DNA of 63,521 nucleotides, filler included, from Syncephalis fuscata S228 (lineage: Eukaryota > Fungi > Zoopagomycota), in assembly GCA_025786725.1 (NCBI GenBank). It is 4 parts of 4 records of this genome, joined end to end, with 100 filler letters (N's around TTAATTAATTAA, not from the genome) between each part and the next. Parts side by side here need not be neighbours in the genome. Positions count along the whole stretch, not along the records: positions 1 to 27,790 come from JAHLTZ010000102.1; positions 27,891 to 56,997 come from JAHLTZ010000092.1; 2 more parts are not named here. One strand, given 5' to 3'. The notes under the pieces were generated by a model. That model ran no database searches, had not been told where the DNA came from, and saw only the letters and a program-made list of their open reading frames with translations. The translations under genes were made by a program, and so were the position numbers. Positions 26,886-41,629 of the stretch are shown here, piece after piece. The stretch's first letter is position 1; every line of letters starts with the position of its first letter.

Positions 26886-27790
26886 GTGTGCATGTGTGCA
26901 CGTGTGCGCGTATGCATTCGCTTAAATGATTTTTGCTGGTCTTTCAAAATTTCAACACTGCTATGGCCTATCTGCTGCTCTTTCTCTTGAAAACGAAACA
27001 CTGAGTGTAACCAATCATCGACTAGTTTGCTGTGTGTTTTGCTTTCCCGAATTTTTCTGCTTCGTTTGCTTTTAAAATCTTGTTTTCTGGCCTTTTGCCA
27101 CCTCTACTGCATCAAATAATAAGCCTATTTTTACGTCATATTAGCACACGATAGAAGAATATTAACCAAAGTTTTTTTTGATAAAAGCTGTTAATACAAG
27201 AACAATCGTTTGTAGTAGCGTTTAATTATATAGTAAATTATATTATAAATATAGTAATAATAGTAATAATAGTAATAATAGTAATAATAGTTACAATGGT
27301 AATATTTAAGCGTAAGCTGTTAAAGTTTTGCTATATAACTTGCTTAATGGTAATTATAACGTAGTATCAATTGATTAGAAAGAAGCGCAAGTAACACTAT
27401 TACTTTGCTAATATACATAGAAGCTGGATATTTCTTAAACATTACCAACAATGTTCAATTAAAGTCAGCGTCGGAGATATAAATTAATTATGGTGTAAGT
27501 GGTTTCGTCAAATTGTAATATGCTAATATTTACAAAAAAGCTATCTTTATTTATTTAATGAAAATCATAACATATACAATAAATAAAAATTGATAATTAC
27601 ATTTTGAGTATACATATACTGGCATAGTTTTAATATTTACAATATATTATATATGCTAATTTAGCTGGATTTATTTAAAACTAAAGGTAGTCAGGATTAG
27701 TCAATAATTATAGCTAATGATTTGTTAATCGGATTACACATCTATCTTTTGAGTAATTTATCATGATGATTGATAAAAACGTGATGTGGT

Positions 27791-27890
27791 NNNNNNNNNN
27801 NNNNNNNNNNNNNNNNNNNNNNNNNNNNNNNNNNTTAATTAATTAANNNNNNNNNNNNNNNNNNNNNNNNNNNNNNNNNNNNNNNNNNNN
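27791..27890. other. Assembly gap / artificial contig linker (N-TTAATTAATTAA-N)
   Basis: N-run containing a six-frame stop linker. Confidence 0.95.
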
Positions 27891-28787
27891 CACTATGCTT
27901 GAGGACAATATGAAATAAATCAATAAAGTATTTTTAAATATAAAAGATAACTTGATAACTGGATGTAATATGATGTTTATTTGGTTAATACAATCTAATG
28001 GTTCGTATATTAGTTGTTCACTTAGTTATAATAATAATCGTGTCGATGTTTTAATAAATAATAACAGTTTACATTTTATTGTCCTAAAAGTGCCTTTATT
28101 ATAATTTATAGCATCATTTGTATAATGAATGATTTAAGGGACGTGATGTTGAATATTAAATATTTTTACTAGTTGAATATATGATGAAAATATCAGTTGA
28201 ACAAAATTTTAAAATCGGCAACACTGTTAGTATAATTGGACTCTGGCTGCCCGTGCATCCGATTCGTATACGAGCGATATTACAGCTATTCCGCAGATAA
28301 TTTTCTAGAATACTCGGCAAAACCAATACACAACCTACTAATGAATAGCTTATTGTTTATGCCGAATAGTATTTCCAATTATAGTATTTTATATTGTAAT
28401 GTGACATGTAAATTGTGGAGATCAACTTAAACATTTACTACTATTTTTGGAAACCAATTAAGAAAATAACAAAAATAAATTAATTTATAACTATAAACAG
28501 CATAATTACTAGTTTAAACAATGACATCTCGTGTTGATTTACATAATAATACTAGTAATTAAACCCAGAACATGTGTTTATAATATATTAGCAAGTTTGA
28601 AACATCCGAAATAAGTAACGATCTTTTTGACGCGTGCCATATTAGTATTTTTTTATCGTCATTTAAGTCGACTATAACTATAAAAACGCAGTATAATCTA
28701 GACAGTTAGTTTGACAAACATTATTTCCCATTTATTTTTTAAACCAACAATATTTAGACTTTATTTTACTATCAATTAGATTTTATT

Positions 28788-30088
28788 ATGCTATTTAACA
28801 TTAGATCCACGTTTACTGCGATTTCCGCGCTTCTTTTATTATTAAATGTACGAGATGTTGACTCAAGTCCAACTGCAATAGACACCAACGAAAGTACGTA
28901 TTAGTAAGACTAGGTCTATCTTGCTGTATTGATATTTATTTTAATTTTGTATAGATGTATTCCTTGGCTCTCGTTTATATCTGCTTGGTGCCCTTGGACA
29001 GTCTCGCCTTATTCTACTCAAGAGACACGAACCAGTCAATGGCGTCCATTACGCAGATGGTGAATTCAACGACAAGCCAGTCCATGTCGTATGCAATGTC
29101 AATCCGGATATAAAAAACCATTCAATTATGGAAATATACAAGGTAAATATGCGTAACCTTACTGTTTAATTATTAACACCTATGGTTGCAAACATTAGAA
29201 ACTTTCTGAAACCACTGTTAAAGACCCTTCATTAATTGCTGGAAAGCAATTTCTTCCTTCCGTCAAGCACACGTTTCCGTTTTTAAAAGGCTCTTGTGCT
29301 ATTGTTGAATACAGGTGCGATGAAAGCCTTCAAATATTCCGTTATGCTACAGCTTTACAACCCGACTTCATGAGAAACTCAGAAATGAAAAGACTCTATG
29401 GACAGATAAAAAAGGGTATGTAACAACACTTATACATGGGTTAGCTTAAACTTATCATTGAAATAGGTGTAGACTATTTGGCTGAACTTGGGTTTTTATA
29501 TAATGATGAGACCATTGGTAAGTTGCCTGCCATTTATTATTTGAATATTTGATTAACTGTTATTTAGATATTTGTCTTAATGCTGATATGAACGTTATGC
29601 TTAAAGACTTTGGTAAAGCACTTAGGCTCGAAATGCCTAAAAATTTGGGTGGCATACTAACAGCCGAACAAGCCGCGAAAAACAAGAATGCCATCTCAAA
29701 TTACCACTCCAAGGTTAAAGGGTTTTTATCCAAACCGCCAACAGAAACAGAAAAAGCTAAAGCTGAATCTGATATGGCGGAGATCAGATCTCAAATTCAA
29801 ATGGATAGAGCCAGCTCTCGACGCCGTAGACCCGAAAATCTTAGAGTATTGACAAGAACTGGGTCTGGAGCTAGTATATCTTCTTCTTCTTCTTCTTCTT
29901 CTTCTTCTTCTTCTCCTTCTTCTTCTCCTTCTTCTCCTTCTTCTCCTTCTTCTCCAAGTATTGAGCCACTTCCACTATATGGACTATTACCTCCACCGTA
30001 CACCTCAAAACCTTCATCGCCTAATTCACCATCTTCACAGCGTGGTGAACCACCTTCGTATGAATCATCTCGCCTTAATCACCAATAA
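28788..30088 (+). CDS. Secreted protein-kinase-like (pseudokinase) protein with Ser-rich tail and PY motifs
   Basis: Exons 28788-28893, 28955-29142, 29199-29415, 29467-29517, 29568-30088 splice in frame. Signal peptide MLFNIRSTFTAISALLLLLNVRDVDS; kinase-like QIKKGVDYLAELGFLYNDETIDICLNADMNVMLKDFGKA. Confidence 0.75.
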
Positions 30089-30629
30089 AAAACTATCGTT
30101 TGATGGACATCTTATTTCAAAGTCTTATCAATCAAATACGTTGACTTTGTAGCATTTTAAAATGTAAATAATGTCGTTAGATTTATTAATTTACGCTATA
30201 ATCTAGTGTATCTAAACTTTAACTATATTGTGCTGTGCTTATCGATATTGTTAAAATTTTGATATTATGGCCATATTGTTATGATAACGAGGCCAAAAAA
30301 CACATTAAATAATTGGAAAACATATTACATATAAACGAGCACAGGAATAATAGATATGTTGAATATTAGCACTAATAAATAGTAATATTAATCAACACGC
30401 TGTATTCTAAGTTTTAAGGTAAATATTAGCAAATACTAAAAGTTAGCATTATAGAATAACAGTAAAATGTAGTATTACTTAATCATTTAAAATATGGCCT
30501 CTGAAATTAGAATTGTAACAATTTAGCAATTATTAATATAACAAAACAGTGTTTCATTTCAGAAACTTGTTTCTCATTATTTGATCTATTTGTTTTGTTA
30601 CAGTCACCAATTCATATTGCTCCTATTGG

Positions 30630-30660
<31 letters not shown>

Positions 30661-30670
30661 CTTATTCCAA

Positions 30671-31408
30671 ATGAATATCGACGAAATACTTGAACAAGTA
30701 CGTCGTGAACCCGACATTTACGATAACTTGTACGATGTTCTTGGGTGCACGTCGTCAAGTACGGTAGGTAGAGTTGTTATTACCGCTGCATTTCTACTTA
30801 TTGTTATGGTAATTTGAATGTAACAACAAACAAAGCAAGAACAAATTACAACAGAATACCGTCAACGTGTATTAACTTGTCATCCTGACCGAAACCCGCC
30901 AGACGCTGATACAGGTAATTATTGGATAAGCGTGTATATACATATATACATATACATATATAGAGAGGAAAAAGACAATACTGTGTGCAAGTAAAGCAAT
31001 ACAATTAAACATTAATTAAACAATTCTATTATATCGTGTATAACTATTACTTTATTAATAAATTGATAGCCCGTAGAGAATTTGCCCGGTTAACAACTGC
31101 TTATGAAATATTAAAGGATAATGCTGAGCGTATCCGATATGATCGATGGTATGGAAGTGGTTTGCGCATATCATTTATTCGTTGGCGCACTATGAGTGAA
31201 CAGGCTCAGGTAAGTACATTTATATGTATTAATCAATACACTATAATCTTTTATCTAGTCGGTACATTGGCATCAAGCACCTACACAACCAGTATTGGAT
31301 AACCGAGCACATGAAGAGATAGTGGTCACATCTAATATACCACCATCATCATCATCAACATCTGAATCTGATCGGTTATTGGAACAATTTCGACGTTATG
31401 AAATATAA
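30671..31408 (+). CDS. Small J-domain co-chaperone (DNAJC12/JDP1-like)
   Basis: Four exons: NLYDVLGC..|QEQITTEYRQRVLTCHPDR..|FARLTTAYEILKD..R.RYDRW..SGL.I|SVHWHQ..LLEQFRRYEI*. HPD motif intact. Confidence 0.88.
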
Positions 31409-31594
31409 TATTTGTATTAAAATAATCATTATTATTGTTATTAAAACTGTTATCGTATTAAACAGCAATACTTTATTAACTTCAAAACCAAATGCTTCTT
31501 CTCTTATGTTCTCCACCCATTTACGATCATATGCTATAATGATTATGGCTATAATGCCGATCAATATTACTAATGGCTAAATGCTAAACACGAT

Positions 31595-32509
31595 CTATCC
31601 CAATGACGAGGCGGCACCACCGACCATTTTACGAATTACAGCACTATTCATTTGATATAATAGCAATAATAATAATAATAATAATAATAATAAAGCATTA
31701 AATATAATATTGACAATATTTGTGTTAAATGACTTACCGGCCATATGGAATGTAACTGGCACTAAAATCATTATTATTATTATACGAGTTAATAATGAGC
31801 CATCTATAATAACCATAATAATACATTTTTACACTTACCAATACCAGAAAAGAGCGCAGAATTGAACAATACACAAAATAATTGTCAATACGACACTTTT
31901 CAACTACAAAAAATAGTTAATATAATCGTGTAACTTCCCCGTGTTCTCCGCGCCTTACCACAATAGCCACAAGTAATGTTCCAACTAATGCTACCAAGTA
32001 GATGATTGTAGCGACCACACGCACTATTGTAAAGTAGTTACAACTCGAATAAGCGCTCTTATCATTAGTCTATAACATTCACTATTTACCTTTAGCAAAC
32101 ATTGTCTTTAATTGACGTAGTGGACCGATAAGAAAGCCCGTACTAACAGATAATGCCATTATCTTATCATTAGCTAATTGATACACTATAAATAGATTAT
32201 ATTACTTACCTGGCTAGCGATAGAATATTGCCTAGTGTATAAAGAATGGCAAATCCTGTGAAATTCAATGTGGCTAGTGATAGTGTCGACTATACAAACA
32301 TAGGTTATTAGACTTTGTCATCTTATTCTACCGAATTGCTTGTACGTTACCAGGATAGTGATGATAAATCCTACAAAAAAGCATATACCCCAGCCATACA
32401 GTCGCTGCTTCTTTGTCAATGAGCAAAAGTTACAGGCATCGTCCATAATATCGGTCGGTCCGGTGGACGCACCTCTAGACGAGGATTGAGATGAAAATGG
32501 TACTCTCAT
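31595..32509 (-). CDS. SFT2: Got1/SFT2-family vesicle transport protein (SFT2D-like), multi-exon
   Basis: SLTKKQRLYGWGICFFVG, FAILYTLGNILSLA, STGFLIGPLRQLKTMFAK, R.VATIIYL, IVQFCALFW spread over 7-8 short exons. Confidence 0.85.
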
Positions 32510-32895
32510 GGTGCTATTGAACCACTACAAATAGACTTGCGCACAGTCTGGGTTACTACTACTGAATGTATAAAGATGGAAAGGCTTAGAAAGTGTTGCG
32601 ATGAGCCAAGAAATACGAAGGGCAAGAAGAAGAATAAGAAGAAATACGGTGAACACAACGGTCTCTAATTTCGATACACCAATCAAATAAATTCACCTAA
32701 CAACAATAGACCAATCGTTTTACCTACAAATAAAGAGAGAGATGATCTACTTGTTATCTACTCTATCTATAATAATCTATATTAATTAATCAACCACTGG
32801 TCTCATCTTTATCTGTGTTCACTTCATCTTATTCTCCACTTCTCATTTCTTATATATTTTATTGGACTTATTCGCGTAGGAATTCCTTAACCATC

Positions 32896-33480
32896 ATGTG
32901 TAAACATATACTTAATGCACAGGTAGATTGCTATTAATACTAATATACAAATAATGATGATAAGCGGCTACTGACTCGGTCAATATAGGTTTCGATTCGA
33001 TCGCCTTGTTGCAAACGTTGGTTCGACTGTCCTCAGTGTCACGCGGAATCAAGCGATCATACATTACGTAAAACACTAGAAATGGTCTTTGCCTGTAAAA
33101 AGTGCCGTAAAGTATTTCGTAAAGATATGCAGTAAGTAGTTGATAAATAATATTGGCAATAGTGTACACTTATAACTGATAACGTGATTAATATTAGAGA
33201 ATTCGAGGAAGAAGATGAATATTGTCCGCATTGTGATAATCAGTATATTATTCCAGCACAAACAGCTGAAATGGCCAAGGCAGGAGCAAATCTAGTTGAG
33301 ATTGATCCACGGTAAGTAAAGTTAATACTGACTATATTAATATCAATTAATGGTGTCATTTGTTAACATATTATTATTATTATTATTAGAACTATTCATG
33401 ATGACCGTGTTAGACCACCCACTGAAGAGGAATTGCTAGATCTGCTTAATGATGGCGATGTTAGTTCAAAATTGGGATAG
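32896..33480 (+). CDS. Small CHY-type zinc-finger protein
   Basis: Four exons: MCKHILNAQ|VSIRSPCCKRWFDCPQCHAE..MVFACKKCRKVFRKDMQ|EFEEEDEYCPHCDNQYII..DPR|..KLG*. Missed by the ORF track. Confidence 0.88.
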
Positions 33481-33687
33481 ACATCAATGCACTACATTTA
33501 AATGATAATATTTGATAAATTAATAAATAAAAATGAAATCAAATTGATTCGTAATAGTATTTTACTGTTTCTGTATAGTAATGATAGTGACGATAATGTA
33601 TTATCGATATCATTATTACTATTACTATTATCATAATGCTGTTATTGCTATTTGGAAATTATATTCATTTTTCTATAGAGAACTGGA

Positions 33688-36600
33688 TTAAGATTGACTC
33701 AATAGTGTAATTAGGCTATTTAAACGACTTAATATAGCACTAATCACCGCAGTTGCCGAATGGGATATGCCCAGGTCGATGATCCTTGTGTAATAAACAA
33801 TTTTTACTCGTTCCTCGAGTTCCGGTAATAGTCGACGACAGTGGTCTTTTATAATTGGATCCTGGTTAAATAGCTGGATTAGTGATTGTAAAAGAGTAAT
33901 TATAGCGAGTATTTACCTTTACATTAAGATGATTGAGTGCACTCTGAATCCATAGAATCTGTTGTTGATGTTGCGATGAATGTTGAATGTCCAATCCTAT
34001 TTGGTGTAATAGTGCTAGTACGATTGGTTGAGATAATGTCGTTGGCTGGTGAGCGGGAAAGACGGCAGCTGGATTTAATCGTTGCATTAGTAATTCTAAC
34101 ATGGCAGGTTGTTTAGATTCCAATGTCTATTGTGTATTCATTACATGTTAATAGTTATATGTTAGTTGGATTCGTTATATACTGCACTATTAATTACCTT
34201 TACAATGGCTTCCTCGAAATTATTTGCTGCAATGGCCGCTTCAACTCCGCCCAAGTAGACATCGTTGGTGAGGGGGGACGTGTAATGAGAGGGTGGATTG
34301 GTGGGAGTGGCTCGATTGGTCATTAAAGTTTGTTTTAAATCATTGGTCATAGCTTGTGTCTACACAAATATTTATGTTGATTGTAAAGCAATGAGTATGG
34401 CTAGTATATGTGCTATTAATTACTACTTACTCTATTTACAGTATGAGGTTCCATAGTGGTGTTATTGCTGTGATTGCTGTTGTGAGAAGTGATCGGTGGA
34501 GTGTAGTGAGGAGTATGATGCACTGAAGCTAATTACATATAAATATAAATATAAATATAAATACAGATGTGTAAGTAACTATTAAAGGTAATACGCCATG
34601 ATACTTACGTCGACGAGAGTCAATAGGAGGAGCTGATCTTATAGAATCCATTGACTGTTGCCATACAGGTAACATAATATCGCGAATACATGTTTGCATC
34701 GTATGTTCTATGACTGGCCGTATTGCAGCTGATGTCGCCTGTTGAATTGGCTCTTTAATTGCATTTGCCGATAGTGCTTGTTGTACTTGTTCGGCAACTG
34801 TACCATTGATGAGTGTAGTTACCGACTATATTTAATCATTAGTAAATATACAATATTTATAATAGCTAGTAACTAATTTACCTGTTCCATTGTATTGGCC
34901 ATAGAGCGCTCCAAAGCAGGTAGAATACGCTCGCTCATTTCTGCTTGAATAGTATCTACGACCATATGAGCTAGCGTGTCGTGTAATGTATGGGCCAGAT
35001 CCGATAATAAAGCTTCAAAGTGTGAAATTTCTGTTGCTAATTGAACCTGACGTTCTCGCTCCCATCGTTCCTCTAATTAATGGCTAGAATTAGTACTGAA
35101 TTCAAATAACATTGATATAACTTACCTCGTTTAGTTAGCTCTTTGTTAAGTAATTTGCCTACACGAGAAACAACATTATCTTCAAACGAGCGTAGTTGTG
35201 CCATTGTTACTGATGCTGCTTCCGCTTCAGATGCCTCAGAACGTGGCTTAAGTAGCGGTGATCGGAAGGCAGGATGATCACGTATCATCATGTTGCTTTC
35301 CATAAGCTTTCCAGCAGCCTTTCCTAACCCAGCATGTGGAAGGCTATTACTAGGCGATGATACTGACTTGACACTGCCGCCATTGGCACTTTTTGGTCCT
35401 TTTCCTTTACCATGCGAATCTATCGATATGCTACGTGTAGGCTCAATTGCTGTCCGACGTGAATTAGCATCGTGATAACGGTTGCTTGTATCGCTACCTC
35501 CTGCCTCGTTATATGGAGCTAGTTCGGGTGAACGAGCATCATTTATTGCTGAAGTAGCAGGTGCCATATCGGTTGCGCCAGAAGATGATGCTTGCGTTAA
35601 AAGCGAGTGTAATAATTCGGCTTCAGTAAGCTGGGTTGCTACTTTACTACGATCAAAAATCATTGATGATGTATCTTCGTATAGTTCACCGGCTACTTGG
35701 CAACGTTCCCAGCGACGTGGCAATACTGTACGGAAAGGAACGTGGAATTGCTGGACTGCACCCGTTTGAATGCAACACAGTGCAAATGTATCGGCTTCTT
35801 CAGTACAATCAGGCGCCACTGCCAATGAAACGATAGGATATTCAAGAGGAAATTCGATCAAATATACAAATTGCGGTGAATCATCCAAACGTACATGGGC
35901 ACAGTAAAGTGATTCGCGATAACTGTTGCCTAGAGCAAGTGTTTTGGTCGATGCATCGTAGTTAATGACATTAAAAAAGTTGGCATGATTGCTAGGATCA
36001 TTCGATACGAATTCCAGCTGTTGTATGCAATGACTGCCATCATGATTTAGTAGACGGACAAGTCTATTCTCGTCGGTAGCTACAAGAATACAACGAAGTG
36101 CATCGCTAATCTGTCCATCAACCACATTCTCTACAAACTTGGCCGTAGTTACTGGACGGCCATCGCATGGTGTAAATACACCCACACAGCTGCCTTCCGT
36201 GTCTGATACATGCCATAGTCGTACTGTGCCATCTTCGCTAGCTGTGATAATCTCACTGCCATCAGCTGAGAAGCAAAGATCGATAATAGGCTAGATTATT
36301 ACTTGTTAGCATTTGGTACAGGTTAATTGATCCTATATTACCTTGGTATGCCCTTTGAGTTGAATGGCGCCTACATTACGTTCACCTTCAATGACATGGG
36401 CATCGTCTTTACCGGCCAGCATTACTCGAAGGTTAAATACAAGTAGATGTCCACGATCGGCAGCACAAGCAAGAATGTCCGGATTTGAGGGATGCCAAAT
36501 GGCCCGTCTAAAGCGTGGTTCATTAATATTGGCTGGTGCACCGTCAAGTTCTAGAATTATACGTGAACTAGTACGTATCAATTAGTAATTATCGTTAGAT

Positions 36601-37989
36601 TAATGCTGGTTCAACCTACGGTATTTCACTATCTCGCTTTGTTGGCTGCGGTTCTGAGAACTGCCAGACGCATAGTCGATGGTCGATGCCTACAGTTACA
36701 AGTCGTTGTGGATCAGTGCCACCTTGTAGTGCATTAAAAAAGGCCAAGTCCAGGATTGTATGCTCATGACCGGCAATAAGAGCGCGTGTTCCAAATAGCT
36801 GGTGAATAACTCGAAATTTGCCTCCTTTAGTTGCATAGGCAATGAGCGTTTTAGTTGCGGCAATTGTATTGCCTACATAGAATTTTGGTTCAGTAGGCAT
36901 AAGTGTAATAGTAGTGACCTCAAGATCTTGAGTAGCCATCATCGCTAGATTATCTGTCGTTACGTCAATGCATGTGTCGCCACTTGGTAAACGAACACCA
37001 TTGGGTACACCCTTGGCAAAGTTCTTTTCATTCTGTTCGCGTGTCCAACGCGCTGTATGCTCTGGTGAATCGTGCAGTGGACCAACCATCATAGGCGAAT
37101 GATGTCGCTGGACTTGCTGGTCATCGTCGGTAGTAAGTGACAAATTGGCAGCAGCTGGTGAAAACATAGCTGGAGAAGCGCCATAGCCTGATTGCACTGA
37201 AGGTTCAGAGCAAGCATTGTTTGGATCTGGTGTACTTTGTGCCGTAGCACTTGTATTCGATAAAGATCGCTTTGCTTTAGGCAAAAGATCGAATGGATTA
37301 ACGTAGGTAAACATCGTTGTTGGTGCTGCTTTTGTAGTCTCGGCAGCTGTCGTTAAGCTTGTCTCTTGCATCATGGTCGTCGTTATGATCGCTGGCGTTG
37401 TAGATGTTGTTGCTGATGTCGATAATGCAGATTGGCTGCCGATACTTAATGATCTTTCAAGCTGTTCGGCTGTTGTGGGTGTCGCTGGTTCTATTGCCAT
37501 CTCGGGAGAAATTAATTGGAATGATCTATCCAAGACTGCGGTTGTTCTACACAGCAATATACACATATTTAATTAGTAAACTGATTTGTACTATTTCTTT
37601 TATGACGTCACCCACCTGCTATCGGTACTTTGCGACTTGGTGGTTATATGCACTTCCGTGTCATTGGTGCTATTAATGCCATCTAGACCAAGTCCACCAA
37701 ATAAAACGCTTTTTAACTCGGCCGTTGACGCCTCGTTGACTCTGGCCTCCGTAGACGCGTTTGCCACTTCGTTGGCTGGCAATTCAGTGCCATCTTCAAC
37801 CGTAGATTGTCCAGTGCTTATGGATTGTTGTAGCACATTAAGAAGCGATGCTGCATGGATAGCACCATCTGACACTGCCGTATACGAGCTAGTATTAGTC
37901 GAGACTTCATTTTTTGGTGTGCCACGTAGTAGATCTAGTAACGAAACAGATGACGCTGTTGGTTGTCCTGCTGGTGCGTTAGGATCCAT
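33688..37989 (-). CDS. EDC4: Enhancer of mRNA decapping 4 (EDC4/Ge-1/Pdc1-like), WD40 plus C-terminal Ge-1 domain
   Basis: TFTYVNPFDLL, IAYATKGGKFRVIHQ, GHEHTILDLAFF, RRAIWHP, SEDGTVRLW, and C-terminal LSQPIVLALLHQIGLD..WIQSAL..DPII; about 9-10 exons. Confidence 0.82.
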
Positions 37990-38674
37990 TTTACTTTATA
38001 AATCGTCTGGATAGTGATGTTAACGACGATAGTAGAAAAAAGTGAATAATGAAAGAGAGAGAGAAAGAGAGAAAGAGAGAGTTAAAGAGAGAAGGAAAGA
38101 TACTGTATGCGCACAAGTAGGTACAGATCTCGTTGTTACTCTTACTGAGAGAGTATTCAAAGAGAAGGTTACAGGTAGACAATGACGAGAACTGTTATTG
38201 CAACTACAATTACGATTACAACAACTACTGTGGATGTGCTACTGTTACTATTGTTGCTATTGCTACTACGACCACGACTACAACAACAATACTAGAAATG
38301 TAAAGGGAGAAAAGGATTGATGATGACATCAAATTGAACCATCCACCAATGATTTATTTAAAACTAATCTTTGGTAATAGATTGTAGTATTTTAAAGGTC
38401 GGTATGCAATATTAAATCATTATTCTCAGTTGATAGCATAATCTACAAAATAGCTGATATGTTTCTACGTTGAATGCTTACTTGCTGGTTAATAACCAGT
38501 CAATAAATGATTGGCTAATATAAATAAATATAATGTTGAAATAAAAGAAAATATGACTTTTTACTTTTATTATTGTTTGATTCCTGCGACACTCTCGTAA
38601 ATAGTCTGTTTCTTACTATTTGCACCTGTTGTAGCCACAAAGTGCTATCTAGTAACGCGTAGATCTTTATTGTT

Positions 38675-40753
<2,079 letters not shown>

Positions 40754-41629
40754 ATATTCAATTCTTTAACACTATGACTCATCATAGGTAGATAGTTTCA
40801 TTTCTATGTGGTGCGTGAACTGATATATCAAAAGTTAAATGGAATAAACCACTGTAGCTTATGTTACAAAGATGACATTATACACATACAAATATACTAT
40901 GGCTATAAAAATTATTCCATAATATATAACACCGTTCTAGAGACATTACACTATAATAGATTTATTACCCTATATGTATATATCATTTATTGTAAACACT
41001 ACCACTATTTATATGATTCTACTTTATACTAGGCACGTTATATTTATTATATGCCTTAATTTACTTTATTTATTTCACTATTATGTTAATGGCAATATGA
41101 TATCACTCTGATTATGTGATGGTAGTGATTTAGACATTATTCATGGCACAGCTGCAAATAAATACAATCAATTATATTGTCAACACTTATAGACATAATG
41201 TTATATATTGAGCTGTTACTTGAATGGCAATATTACTAAACTTACGATAATGCATGTTGGCGACAAGAAAACATATTTATGTGTGTCTGTTTTCAATATT
41301 TTTATTTGGCTGAGATTTGCTATTTGTTAAATATAAATCATAAATAATTATAGACATAACAATTTGATTGCATATAATTAAAATAAAGCCATGTGTTTAT
41401 TACTTCAAATTTGCATAGCTGAATAGACATAGATGAATGCAAGCTTGCTAGTAATACAATAGGATCAATGGCTAAATATGAATAAACCAAGCATTGGTTG
41501 GGACTTGCGATATAAATAGACTGAACGGCAGTTGTCAAATGGTCTTGTCCTTTACCAAACATATACCTAAAGTGCATTAAACTAGCAAATGTAGTTGTAG
41601 TACCAATGCTGATGTCTTGAAAGTGCCGG

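Noticed and set aside
18685-26990. Numerous 60-137 aa ORFs
   Set aside because: No recognisable motifs, many non-ATG starts, overlapping on both strands, driven by simple repeats.
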